64,000 bases of DNA from Emiliania huxleyi CCMP1516 (lineage: Eukaryota), in assembly GCF_000372725.1 (NCBI RefSeq), contig NW_005202113.1, positions 372,001 through 436,000 on the forward strand, in the 5' to 3' direction. Below are positions 22,218-32,949 of the stretch, one piece after another. Made by a program: the position numbers and the translations under genes. The first letter of the stretch is position 1. Every line of letters begins with the position of its first letter. The notes below the pieces were generated by a model, which was not told the origin of the DNA, did no database searches, and saw only the letters and a program-made list of their open reading frames with translations.

Positions 22218-22644
22218 GTAGCGTCTCTTCACTCGGATGCTCTGAACGGGTTTTTACTTCTCACACCATTAAAGAAAGAAATACAAAAAGCCCCCCCACT
22301 TAAATCGGCCAGCCGCCACTCCGCTTGTGGCTCGGCCGATTTTGCCCGAGTGGTCAATTCCCCCCACACACTTACTTAGACGAGACACGATCTCTATCTC
22401 AACATATCTCCTTCGACGCCGCATTTCCAAGTTTGGTGCCCGAGTGGTCAACTATGACCAAACTTGGTCGGTTATAACCGATGGCGTCCACTCGATCGAA
22501 CCTCGAGACCCCAGTTCGAGACCGAGTCTCGAATCTGTGTCATAATGCGGTTCGTATGCGTACGTCCGTGTGTGTGTGTGTGTGTGTGTGTGGTGGGGGG
22601 GGAAACACGTGTGAACACAGTGTGTGTGAATTCAGGACGAGCAG
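21810..22644 (-). repeat. 5' LTR (835 bp)
   Basis: Apparently identical to 15975-16809. Confidence 0.95.
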
Positions 22645-22821
22645 CGGAAATCTACATACACTGAAAAAGAAAGCGGCGGTCCGTTGTGGAATGTTGGCTC
22701 GTTGGGACGCTGCCAAAGCCCCCTTGTTGCCGACGTACCCCCACCACATCGGAGACCCTCGCCCTTGCTGAGCCACCGCTCAGCACTGGACACGCCCGCT
22801 GCCGCGGACGCCCTCGCCTGC

Positions 22822-24033
22822 ATGGACACGCCCGCTGCCGCGGACGCCCTCGCCTCGCCGCCCTCCACGACGAACAAGGCGCCGCGGCGTGCCTACGACG
22901 AGGCCAGCGCTGCAGGCAGCAGCGACAGCGAGACCATCTCGGTCGGAAGCCTGACCTCCGGCTTTGAGGTCCGCGCCGAAAACAGCACACGACCAGACGC
23001 GACCGTCCTCACCGTGCGAGGGCCCGACGTTGACGGCGTCCTCGCCTCCATGATCGCTTCGCTGACCATCTCGGGCTGCAAGCTGCTGGAGGTGCACGCC
23101 AAGACGCGAATCTTCGAAGACACGCTGGAGGACACCTTTGTGGTGCAGGTCAAGGACGGCGGGGGACAGGTCACGGACGACCACCTCCAGGACGTCTCGC
23201 AGCGGCTGCTCGCCGCGACCAAGGACCCGCTGCAGGCGCGCTCGCCCGAGGCTGGCGCGGCGAGGCTCCAGCACGATACGTCCGGGCCGGCGCCTGCGTG
23301 GGAGGACCGCGGCACCGCGGCGACCCTGCCGAGGGGCCGCCGGCTGACGCTCCTCGCCTGCAAGAACTGCCAAAAGGCGCGGACGGCCTGCACGGACCAG
23401 CGGCCGTGCCAGCGGTGCACGCGGCTCGGGTTGCAGTGCGAGGGGGAGGCGAAGCCGGTGCGCCGCGCCTGCGACCAGTGCAAGCGGGCCAAGACCAAGT
23501 GCGACCTCAACGACGCGATGCCCTGCGCGCGCTGCGTCCGGCTCAAGCTCGAGTGCACTGCGGGCGGCAGCTGCAAGAGGCCACCCGGCCTCGAGGAGCC
23601 GCACGGACCGCCGCAGTGGCCCGTCGCATGCGCGACCGCCGCCGCCGCCGCCGCCGTCCAAGCCGCGGCGACGACGGGCCCTGCGATGACTGCGACAGCT
23701 CCGACCCTGGCCACGGCGGCGGCTCCCGCGCTGGCGGTGGCGGGTCCGGTGGCAGGCTCGGCGGTGAGGACGGTCGACCTTCCGGCGGCGGCGTGCCGCG
23801 ACAGCCTCACCGCCGGCGAGGCGGCCGCCGCTCTGGACAGGCTCCTCGACCAGCCGCCGGCGCACGAGCTCACCGTCGACGAGCTCTCCCTGCCCGCCCT
23901 CACCGAGCTCGCGCTGCCCGCCCTCTTGCCTCTCGACAAGGCCGCGTCCCCGGCGGACCCCGCCGTCCCCATGGAGATCCTGAGCGACGAGGGACTCGAC
24001 GCCTTCCTCTCGGCTGCGCTAGGCGGCTCTTGA
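22822..24033 (+). CDS. ACT-domain + tandem Zn(II)2Cys6 transcription factor
   Basis: ACT-like TVLTVRGPDVDGVLASMIASL..EDTFVV, two binuclear clusters (CKNCQKARTACTDQRPCQRCTRLGLQC and CDQCKRAKTKCDLNDAMPCARCVRLKLEC) and an acidic C-tail. Confidence 0.85.
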   Translation: MDTPAAADALASPPSTTNKAPRRAYDEASAAGSSDSETISVGSLTSGFEVRAENSTRPDATVLTVRGPDVDGVLASMIASLTISGCKLLEVHAKTRIFEDTLEDTFVVQVKDGGGQVTDDHLQDVSQRLLAATKDPLQARSPEAGAARLQHDTSGPAPAWEDRGTAATLPRGRRLTLLACKNCQKARTACTDQRPCQRCTRLGLQCEGEAKPVRRACDQCKRAKTKCDLNDAMPCARCVRLKLECTAGGSCKRPPGLEEPHGPPQWPVACATAAAAAAVQAAATTGPAMTATAPTLATAAAPALAVAGPVAGSAVRTVDLPAAACRDSLTAGEAAAALDRLLDQPPAHELTVDELSLPALTELALPALLPLDKAASPADPAVPMEILSDEGLDAFLSAALGGS

Positions 24034-24532
24034 CGCACCCGAGCGTGGGATGGCGATCCGGGTCTAATTATTGCTGCCCCCCCACCCCCTCCCCTCCCCC
24101 CTCCCCGCGGGCTCTCTCGGGCGCCCCACCCTCTGAGTGCGATCGGGTTGAGGACTACTCGAGAGCCCGCTTAGATCACCGTTGTCCAGTGCTGTCTGTG
24201 TCTGCTGTCTCGCGTTGTGATGTGTGGGCCTCGGTCGCTCGCCCTCTGAGTGCGATCGGGTCGAGAATCGAGGCCGGGCTCTGCTGCGCAGCTCAAAATC
24301 CAAAATATGTCAAATGGCCCCGCACAATCGTTTACAAGACGAAGGAGATATCTGCTCTCGAGTCTCGTGTCTCTCGAGGGGAAGAAACACAAAAACTCAT
24401 AAGCGGAATGGAAGAACTGCACACAGAGGCCGACAACAAAAACAATCCAGAAGAGAGCAAAGAGGCGCCCCCCCCAAGGGCCCAACTTGCCCCCAACCGC
24501 AACCCCGCGCGCACCGCCACCGGCTCCGGGCG

Positions 24533-24534
<2 letters not shown>

Positions 24535-24582
<48 letters not shown>

Positions 24583-24613
24583 CAACGTTAGAGTTGTTTG
24601 GTATTGCTAAAAA

Positions 24614-24679
<66 letters not shown>
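24535..24679. repeat. Two (CA)n microsatellites flanking a 34-nt dispersed motif
   Basis: Read directly from the sequence. Confidence 0.95.
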
Positions 24680-24681
<2 letters not shown>

Positions 24682-25711
24682 TTTTTGCTGCTCTCCGCTG
24701 CCGTCGTTCGCGCTAGCTGGCCTGCGAGGGCCGTCGTCCTTTCCGCACAGGGATTTTCAGAGGAGAAGGAGGGGTGTTTGAGGGTGTTAGCCTCTCCCAT
24801 CTTTGCCCTCGGGCTAAAAGAATTTTACGGCGATAAGCAAGAAAGAATTTTACAAAGTCCCGTGCCCAGTGTCGAGCAAGAAAGAAAATAGAGGATAGAG
24901 CGGCAAGGGAGGGATGGGAGGACGGCACGCCGCCACCACACAGGCAGGGATTTTAAGGAGAGGAGCCCTCGAGAGCTGTCTGAAAGAGATGTAGGACCTT
25001 CCTTTTAGGTCCGCCTCTCACACCCTCACTGTCTGCGATGTGAGCTTCTTGGTTCTTATCAACGTAGGATTCCTAGCTGTGAAGGACGTATTTTCTTCTC
25101 AATAACAAGGCTGTGACCACGAAACCGAGACCCCTACCCCCCGCCCCGATCCCCCCACCCCCTTGCTCCCCTCCCCCCCCGGGACGGCCGAAGAGAGGCG
25201 CCCGTGGGGACCCCGCAATTCCCCTCCCCCCTCGGAGGGGGCCGGACGGAGGCGTAACCCGAGGGCCCCGCTCTTTCCTTCGCATAGCGGCCACTCTTCG
25301 GATCGCTGGTCGAGCGACCCGGGGGATGCCCCGCGCGCCTGACCCAGGCGCGAGAAACGAATCTGCGAGGCGCGGCCGCTCATGCGGCCCGATGGGGAGG
25401 AACGGGGCGGACTACGGGGATCGGCTTCTTACACCGCCCTTCCTTGCAGCGAGCCCCCTCCAATCCACCCGCGCTAGGTCCAGAGCGGCGAAGGGGAACT
25501 CCCGACGAACCCTGGAACTAGGCCAGTCGGAGAAGGAAGGGGCAACTCCGTGCACTGACGGTCGGCCGTCAGAAAACACGCCTGCGTGGATCGCGTCACA
25601 CCAAGCCTCGCTACCAACGCGGCCCAAGGATATCCACCTCGAGTACCTCGAGAGAAGGCTGTGAATCGGAAAATCTCGGACGGCGACTTGCGCTGCTGGT
25701 CGCCGCTACAG

Positions 25712-27726
25712 ATGCTTTTCGGACCGCTAGGGACAGGTGCCGTTGGTGTCGTGCTGCTCGCCGCCGCGCTCCACCTCTACACGAGAGTCTCCGCCGAGCT
25801 GCAGCGGCGGCGTGGCGGCGGCGGCGCACCCCAGCGACTCCCTTCTGTGGCAGAGGAGGAAGGCGAGGCGAGTGTGGCCAAGTCTGCGCCGCTCGAGTCC
25901 GAGTCCGCGGCCGACCCCTCGGCCGATCTCGAGCCACGTTGCGGCGTGCTGCTCACGGCGGCGCTTGGCGGCGCGGGCGCCTTGTACCTGCTTGCATTGG
26001 CGGGCGTCACCTCCGCAACAGCGGGCGGCACACTCGTCCATTACTCTCTCACCGCGTACCACCCTCGCCCGCCGCCGCCGCCGCCGCCGCCGCTGCCACC
26101 GCCGCCGCCGCCACCGCCGCCAGCCCCGCCGGTGCCGTCGCCACCACCGCCGTCGTCGCCTATGCCGTCGCCCCCGCCGCCCCCGACGGCGCCCCCGCCG
26201 TCGCCGCCACCGCCACCGCCGCCACCGCCGCCGTCTGAGCCGCCGCCTTGGCGCGTCGCCAGCTTCTTCGTCGTCGGCGATTGGGGCTTCGACCCGGGCA
26301 TGCACGTGTGGCGCGGCGCCGAGGCGGTCAAGCAGCGCTGCCAAGGCCTCATCGCGGAGCACATGCGGCGCGAGGCGGAGGAGCGCGGCGACGTGGCCTT
26401 CGTTGTCAACGTGGGCGACTCCTTCTACCCGAGCGGCGTGAGCAGCGTCGACGACCCGCAGTGGGAGACGCGGTGGGCGCAGCAGTACGCGCAGCTGCCT
26501 CGCCCGCGGAGAGGCGCCAACGCCGGCGAGGTTGTGCCGTGGTACAGCGTGTATGGCAGCCACAGCCTCTCGCAGCGCGACCTCGCGACTGATGAAGTAG
26601 TCATCGTGAGAGTGGTGAATCAGGCAACCACGACCTCTCGCAGCACGACCTCGACTGCGCGTGCCGCGCGGACGCGACGCGGTGCAACCAGGTGCGGGCG
26701 CACGGCGCGCAGCGCGGCGCGCCAAACATGAGCTGGTATATGCCCGACGTCTCCTACTTCGCGACGCCCGTGCGCGGCTCGCCGCTCGAGCTCGTGGCGC
26801 TCGGCTTCACAGCGCGGGGCCGACGTGTGCAGGTAGCCGTCCCTGAGCCTCCCGGGAGCCCGCCCACAGGCGCTCGACTTCAACGCGGCCGACGCGTCCA
26901 AGCTCTGCACGTGGGTTGCCTGCGCCAAGGAGAGGTGCGACTCGTGGGACGAGCAGTTCGACGCCGCGCGCGGCTGCACGCAGGCGGGATGCGCCGCCAA
27001 CCTCAGGCAGCGGGAGGCGGCGGCGGCGGCGCTGCTGCGCGCTCGCGTCGACGCGGCGGCGAGCGAGGGCCGCTCGCACCTGCTCGCCTTCTCTCACTAC
27101 CCGGTCGACTACTTGCGCGGCCGGTGGAGCGCCGCCGGCGACGCGCTGCACGGCCGCTCCGGGACAGCCGCGAGACAGAAGCGTCTTCACGGCCACGCGG
27201 TGCGGATATAGGCGAGACGCTGGGCATGCTGCGCGACCGGCGCGTGGCGCTGGCGTACTTTGCAGGCCACCGTCACGGGACCGAGAACAACACTGGCCCG
27301 TTCTCGGAGCCGGCGCAAGCCTTCACGCTCGGCGGCGGCGGCGGCTGGAGCTGCGACGGCGACCAGGGCTACCTCGTGGGCGAGGTGCTGTCGGACGGGT
27401 CGTGGGACAATTTGCGGCTCGTGCGGATGGAGCGGAGCGAGTGCTGCGGCCCGCCACGCTCCAAGGCGGCGTGGGACGCTGGCTGCCTCGCGCATTCGGA
27501 CTGCGACCAGGCGCGGATGAATTGGGACTTCAACTCCTGCTGCGCGGCGTACGATTGCGAGCTCAACGGCAACTGCGGGGCGGCGGGGGGCGGCGGGGGC
27601 GGCGGGGGCGGCGGGGGCGGCTGCAGTGGCAACGGCATCGACCCGTGGGGCGGAGGCACATATGTGGACTGCTGCCCAGGGATGGTCAAGATGTTGGAGG
27701 GTGGCCAAGAGGTGTGCCGAGTGTAG
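25712..27726 (+). CDS. Membrane-anchored purple acid phosphatase-like metallophosphoesterase with poly-Pro stalk and Cys-rich tail, multi-exon
   Basis: FFVVGDWG, NVGDSFYPSGV, PWYSVYG|NHD (split by an intron), FSHYP and AGHRH, plus N-terminal hydrophobic segments. Confidence 0.88.
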
Positions 27727-28200
27727 TCGCTATTCGGTGTTCTCTCCTCTGGACACAGCGGGGTGTACTGTGTGTATGAGAGACAGACGAGAGTGCGGGT
27801 GCGTCATGCACAGAGGGTCGTGTACTTGCGGTCGTGTGCGAGTGGCTATTATTCGGCTTTTTATGTGTCTCTTACCAACCAGAACCACGAGCAGAGACCA
27901 GAGTACGCATCTTACTGTTAAAGATAGAAAGGGGTCAAAACCAAAAAGATGAGCGACCACGGTCCACGGTCCACGGTGGCCGCACCGTGGGGACCAGCGA
28001 GAGGAACAGAGGTCGCCCCCGCCCCCTAGCCCGCCCCCGGCCCGGCCGTGCCCCGACGCACACGGGCGACCTTCGCTTGGACGGCCCATAACTGAAGGAA
28101 AATGCCCAGCGCCAGACTGCTCAACGTATCTGATGTACATGCACTCTCTCATCGCGTGTCTTTGTCCATATATCTGCGAGTCGTACCACGTAGGCTCTGC

Positions 28201-29403
28201 TTAGGAGATGACACAACCGCAGCCCTCGGCGGCCGGCTCGGCGGGTCCCAACAGAGCGGAGAAGGCCTTCTTCTCCTGGCCCTCCTTCAAGAGCGTGACT
28301 GGCAGCACCGACGGTCGCTTCCACTTCTTGAGGTACAGCTGGGCGAGCATAAAGGCCGTCGTGCGGGCTTCCCTTGGCGCGTCCTTGCCGATCCAGCAAA
28401 AGCACTGGAAGCCGTCGTCGAGCAGCATCACGCGCGAGCTGTCAAGGCGCGAGGAGGGCGGTGCCTTGCCCCTCCACACGACGCGAAAGTGTGGCGTGTC
28501 TCCGTCGGCCGTCACCTTGAGCAGAAGCGGCTCGAATGCCTTGACGTCGCCGTCGCTCCCGCCGGCGGACTCGTCCTGGATGGAGATTCGGCTCACTCTG
28601 AGGCCCAAAAATCGCCGCTCGCCAGGCAGGTGCCGCCAAAAGCCGTGATTGGAGCACTCAGGGCTCGTGCCATCACCCTCGGGCGTGCCCTCATCGAGCA
28701 CCTTTGTGTCTCGGTGCTTGTCCTGCTGGAGCAGCCGGCAGAGCTCAGAAGCCTTGGCTCTCTCGTGGGCGCTGGACTCCTTGCCGTTCCATTGGTAGAT
28801 GCACTGCGGCGTGTCCATCACGTAGCAGTCCCCGGAGTTCATCACCGTTCTGCTGAGCTTAACCTGTCGCATGGCGACGTTGCCAGCCAAGCCCTTGATC
28901 CGCAGCAGCACGGGCTCGCGCTCTGCAGCATCGTCGACGTGCTTGAAGCCGGAAGCGGTGCCTCCGGCCAAGTAACGCAGTCCCTGTGGGAACAGCCTCG
29001 CGAAACGATCGCTCTCGCCGCCCTCGACCTCGCGATACTGCACTGCGCGGCCGCTCAGCTTGTCGTCAAGCTCCACCGTCTTGTAGGCCGCCGTACCGTA
29101 TTCGTCTTGGGTCGATTCGCTGCCGATCCAAAAGTGCACGTCATGGTCAAGCTTCATCGAGGCTGGGTCCTTGAGGTATGTGCGCAGCACAATATACGAG
29201 TCGCCGCGGTGAAAGCGACCGTACTTGTACTTGGGCCACGGCACAACCTTGAACTGCTCCATGCGCCAGACTTGTATTCCCGCGCTTTTCCCAACGTCGA
29301 TCCATTGCGGCTCACCGTCGGCTGCGGCCGCCTTGCACTTCCTCTCGATCTCTGAGCCAAAGTTGGCCAGGTTTGTGTCCTGCCAGTCGAGCTGCTTCGG
29401 CAT
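28201..29403 (-). CDS. Gelsolin/severin-like actin-modulating protein (3 gelsolin domains) ending in CaaX
   Basis: QVWRMEQFKVVPWP, GDSYIVL, HFWIGSESTQDEYGTAAYKTVELDD, GGTASGF and MNSGDCYVMD; C-terminus GCGCVIS*. Confidence 0.95.
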   Translation of the reverse strand: MPKQLDWQDTNLANFGSEIERKCKAAAADGEPQWIDVGKSAGIQVWRMEQFKVVPWPKYKYGRFHRGDSYIVLRTYLKDPASMKLDHDVHFWIGSESTQDEYGTAAYKTVELDDKLSGRAVQYREVEGGESDRFARLFPQGLRYLAGGTASGFKHVDDAAEREPVLLRIKGLAGNVAMRQVKLSRTVMNSGDCYVMDTPQCIYQWNGKESSAHERAKASELCRLLQQDKHRDTKVLDEGTPEGDGTSPECSNHGFWRHLPGERRFLGLRVSRISIQDESAGGSDGDVKAFEPLLLKVTADGDTPHFRVVWRGKAPPSSRLDSSRVMLLDDGFQCFCWIGKDAPREARTTAFMLAQLYLKKWKRPSVLPVTLLKEGQEKKAFSALLGPAEPAAEGCGCVIS

Positions 29404-29616
29404 CACCTCTCGGCCGGCGGCTTGCTTCAGCTGGGTCGCTTTTAGGCCTTTCAAAATAAGAAATGAAAGCAAATAAATAAACAAAGAGCTGGACAAATAC
29501 CAAATTCCAAATCGCAAACATAGAAACCCAAACACAGGCGGCGACGTGGCATACGAGCTCATAGGAGAAGGAGGCGCACAACTTCCAAGGACGCACGAGC
29601 GAGCGAGACAGCAGCC

Positions 29617-30322
29617 ATGACGATGATGATTCAGCGCGTGAACGCCAACTCGCCGGCACAGGCCGTGAAGAGCCGCGCACGCGGGCCGACGATTACGCAG
29701 CTGCGTGCCAAGCAGGCCGCTCTTGTGGCCGCATCCGAGCTCGCGGCTTCGAGTGATGCCGAGGCGAGTGTGGTAAGGCACTTGCCCGTTGACGAAGCCA
29801 AGCGGTGGGCAAGCGGCAAAGGCCGCAAAGTGGGCTTCGCAAAAGCACGTGCCACCTTCCGTGGCGGCGGCACGGGAATCGCGGCGACGGCGGCGAAGCA
29901 CGACTCGCTCATCAAGAAGGCCCGCTGGCGCGGTACCGAGCAAATTGCCCGGGAGACTCCGGCGGGCTCTGTGTCCGTAGTGACGATGCCGCACCGCAAG
30001 GACTTCGCCTCCGACAAGGAGCACCAAGTGAAGTTTAACCTGTGGCTGAAGGCGGACGGCTTCAAAGGCAAGGTGCGCAACGGGGCGGTGAGGGAGCCAG
30101 AGCACCTCTCCTCGCTCGGGCTCACGCGTGTGTGGATCCATGTAGGAGCGGCAGCAGCGGGTGGCCGCGCAGTACGAGAAGCGCGTGCTGACCATGAACG
30201 CGTGGGGCCAAAAGCAGGGCTACCCGCCGTTCTGCGAGGTGGTGACCCAGGAGGACGGCTTGGCCAATCTGCAGCTCATTGTTGACAAGGTGCGCGGCAA
30301 GGAGGTGCCGCGAGTGCCGGCG
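29617..30322 (+). CDS. Hypothetical protein, interrupted at its 3' end by the inverted duplication
   Basis: ATG ORF with a probable GT-AG intron at ~30088-30145. The second exon (..YEKRVLTMNAWGQKQGYPPFCEV..EVPRVPA) runs straight into the repeat arm. Confidence 0.45.
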
Positions 30323-30823
30323 TGCCCGCCACTCGACGCGAGCCTCCTCTTGCTCGGCGTCGTCGCGCTGGGCGACCGCATCGACCGCCCCAGTCAGCGC
30401 GCGTGCGACCGGCTGCTCCGCCTCCGCCGCCGGCGCGTCGGCCTCCGCCGTCTCGACCGCCTCGGTCTCCTCGACAGCAGGCTCAGACTTGCGGCCCGAG
30501 AGGTAGTCGACCACCTGGCCCAAGATGGAGGACGACTTGACCGGCTCGGTCGGCGGAGGCACCTCGTCGGCCGCCTCGGCAGGCGCCTCCTCGGCTGCGC
30601 TGTCCTCGGCCGCGGCCTCTTCCTTGGGCTCCTCTGCAGCGGGCTCCTCCGCCTCGGGCGTCACGGTCGAGGGTGCAGCCGCCGCGTCGGCGGCGGGCGT
30701 CTCGGCGGGCGCGACGTCGGGCGTGGCGACGACGGCGGCGGTGTCGGCGGGAGCGCTGATCTGCTCCGGCTGCATCACCGGGTCGGCGATGTTGCTGGTC
30801 GACTTGGAGCTGCAGGCCCCCAT
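30323..30823 (-). pseudogene. 3'-truncated copy of the myristoylated acidic protein gene
   Basis: MGACSSKSTS... matches the 34706 gene up to EEARVEWRA, then diverges. Confidence 0.8.
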
Positions 30824-31651
30824 GGTTCGCTTGCGTGTGTTGTGATCGGCTGACTTCCTTGGGTCGTGCGTCCTTGGGAACGTGGCAAGTTTGCCGGCCG
30901 CCGACAAGTTTTTTGGGCCCTGCTGGGGGTGGACTCCTTGAATCCCCCCCCCCCCCCCCCCTTTCCCAAGAGAAGGGGGAAACCCCGGCTGGTGTGCCCT
31001 GAGCCCCTGACCAGGCTGCCTCCTTCCTCCATCGTGCATCGACGCGAAACACTCGAAAACACAGATGCCACACAAATCACGTGTGGGAGAGAGCTTAAAA
31101 GGCTACACACGCGACACGGGCACGGCTCGCGCTAGCTCAATCGCTGCCCGAGAGAGTTCTTTTTATTTATCTCCTCCAACTCTTGCTTGAGGGGGTTTGT
31201 CGGGTTGCGAGAAATGAGTAATGAGTAATGAGTTATTATGAGAAGGTGCTATGCTTTTTTGGCATTTTGGGGTACAACCGGAGTCCGGAGTCCGGAGGGC
31301 GAGAGAGTTCACGGCATCGCTCATGGAGATGTGCATCACACGTGGCGGCCGAAACAACCGCAATCCCGTAGAAATCGTCAAGACACTTGGACGACTGTGA
31401 CATCCTCACCTCTCGCTCACCGCTCCAACTCTCGCAACCATGGGCAAGGGCAAAGGACAGAAGGTCATGGACTTCGACCTGGCGACCGCGATGACGAAGA
31501 AAGAGTGCGCTCGCCCGCCCGCCCGCGCGCCCCCTCGCGCGCCCGCCGAACGCTTCGGCGCCGAGCGCTGCTCTGCTACTCAGCCGCGCCCCCCCCCCCC
31601 GGCAGGAACCGCAAGCTGACCAAGATGGAGTGCATGGTCAACTACCACCTC
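30323..31651 (-). repeat. Left arm of a ~1.33-kb inverted duplication
   Basis: Reverse complement of ~33882-35206, with scattered differences in the intergenic part. Confidence 0.93.
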
Positions 31652-31867
31652 GCCCGCGTGCCCTTCTGGAACGGCAAGGAGTCGGTCGCGATGGCGAACG
31701 CCGAAAAGTGCGCTGCGCAGCCCCAATCCCGCTGTCTGCCCTGTGCCGGGCGCGGGCCGCGCGCGCGAGCTCATGCCCGCTCCCCCCCTGCCAGGACCCG
31801 TGAGATGATTGCCTCGCTCAAGACCAAGGTGAAGAACCGCTGGGAGGAGCAGAACGGCATTTACTAG
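31440..31867 (+). CDS. Small ~79-aa basic protein, 3 exons, unknown function
   Basis: Two GT-AG introns give MGKGKGQKVMDFDLATAMTKKENRKLTKMECMVNYHLARVPFWNGKESVAMANAEKTREMIASLKTKVKNRWEEQNGIY*, with strong GC3 bias. Confidence 0.7.
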
Positions 31868-32949
31868 TGGGAGATCCCCGCCAAGCGAGCGCGGCGCGCA
31901 GGGAGTCCGGAGAAGTCGCCGCGGGGCCTTTGGCCGCGCGGCGGCGCCCGTTCCTGCGTGCCGCACCTGGCGCTCGATCGTGACGGGCGTGTGGGGAGTC
32001 CGGAGAAGCCGCCGCGGGGTCTCGGCCTCGCGGTGGCGCCCGTTCCCGTGCGCTGGAAAGTCCGGGCATGTGCCCTTGCTTGTGCACCCTTCTGTTTGCA
32101 TGTTATCGCGATGTCTCTGTGGATATGTGGCTGAGCCCGGGCCTTTAGGGAGGCCCCGTGGTGGTCGGAACGGCATGACGTGTACCAGCGAGGGGGGCGT
32201 GCGCAGTGTGCGATTGCGCGCTGTGTGCGGTAGCCTCTGAGCTCTGATGTGAGCTCTGTTTGACGGCTGGTTGTCTCAGTCCGGCGTTAGTTGAGATATC
32301 GTGTTGTATTGATCTTTGTATAGCATTTTGTAACTTGTAGTGTCGCAGCGTCGAGCGTCCCCCATCAACCACACCGGCACGCAGCCTCGCACCTCGCAGC
32401 ACGCAGGCACACCGGTCTGTGTGCTCTGAGAGCTCTGTAGCAGCTAGCACCACCAGCAACAGCTTGACCTTGTGCTTGTCGCTTGTGAGTTGTGTGTGTG
32501 GCTGTGGCTGTGCGCTGTGCGCTGTGCCGCACAGGCTGTGGGCCTGTATCTCGCCTGTGGGACTTCCCTCTCTTGGACGTTGGAGTCACCTGCCTGGCAA
32601 CCCTGTCCTAGACCCTGTCTGCACGTCTCGCGCGCGCGTGAACAGGGCTCCAGGCCCCAAATGACGTGTGAGTGTTAGAGTTGTTTGGTATTGCTAAAAA
32701 TCTCTCTCTCTTGGAGATGGAGTGCAAACTTGGCAACTCACACAGCCCGCCCGGACCTACCTAACAGCAAGACGCACAAGCACAGACAGTCGAGAGACAG
32801 CCACCACAGTCAGAAGTTGGTAACTCCCACCCAAGATAGACCCAAGAACACCTCGAACGAAAGCCCGCGCAGGCGCCGTGCGCAACATCCAGCACGCAGT
32901 GGCGGCGGCGGCGGCGGCGGCGGCGGCAGCCGTCGCCGCAGCCATTGCC

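Larger units (their letters stand above)
15975..22644 (-). mobile_element. Ty1/Copia-derived non-autonomous LTR retrotransposon, 6670 bp
   Basis: Two 835-bp direct repeats, 5-bp TSD CGGAA (15970-15974 and 22645-22649), PBS-like TGGTAGCGGCGGG, PPT GAGGGGGTG, Gag-like IPRLEGEN..W and an RNase H tail QLADLFTKPL. Confidence 0.93.

Noticed and set aside
15976..22643. Canonical TG...CA LTR boundaries
   Set aside because: The flanking 5-mers do not match with these limits; they match only with CTG...CAG.
24680..25670. Possible retroelement fragment
   Set aside because: It looks repeat-like, but I found no RT, integrase or terminal structure.
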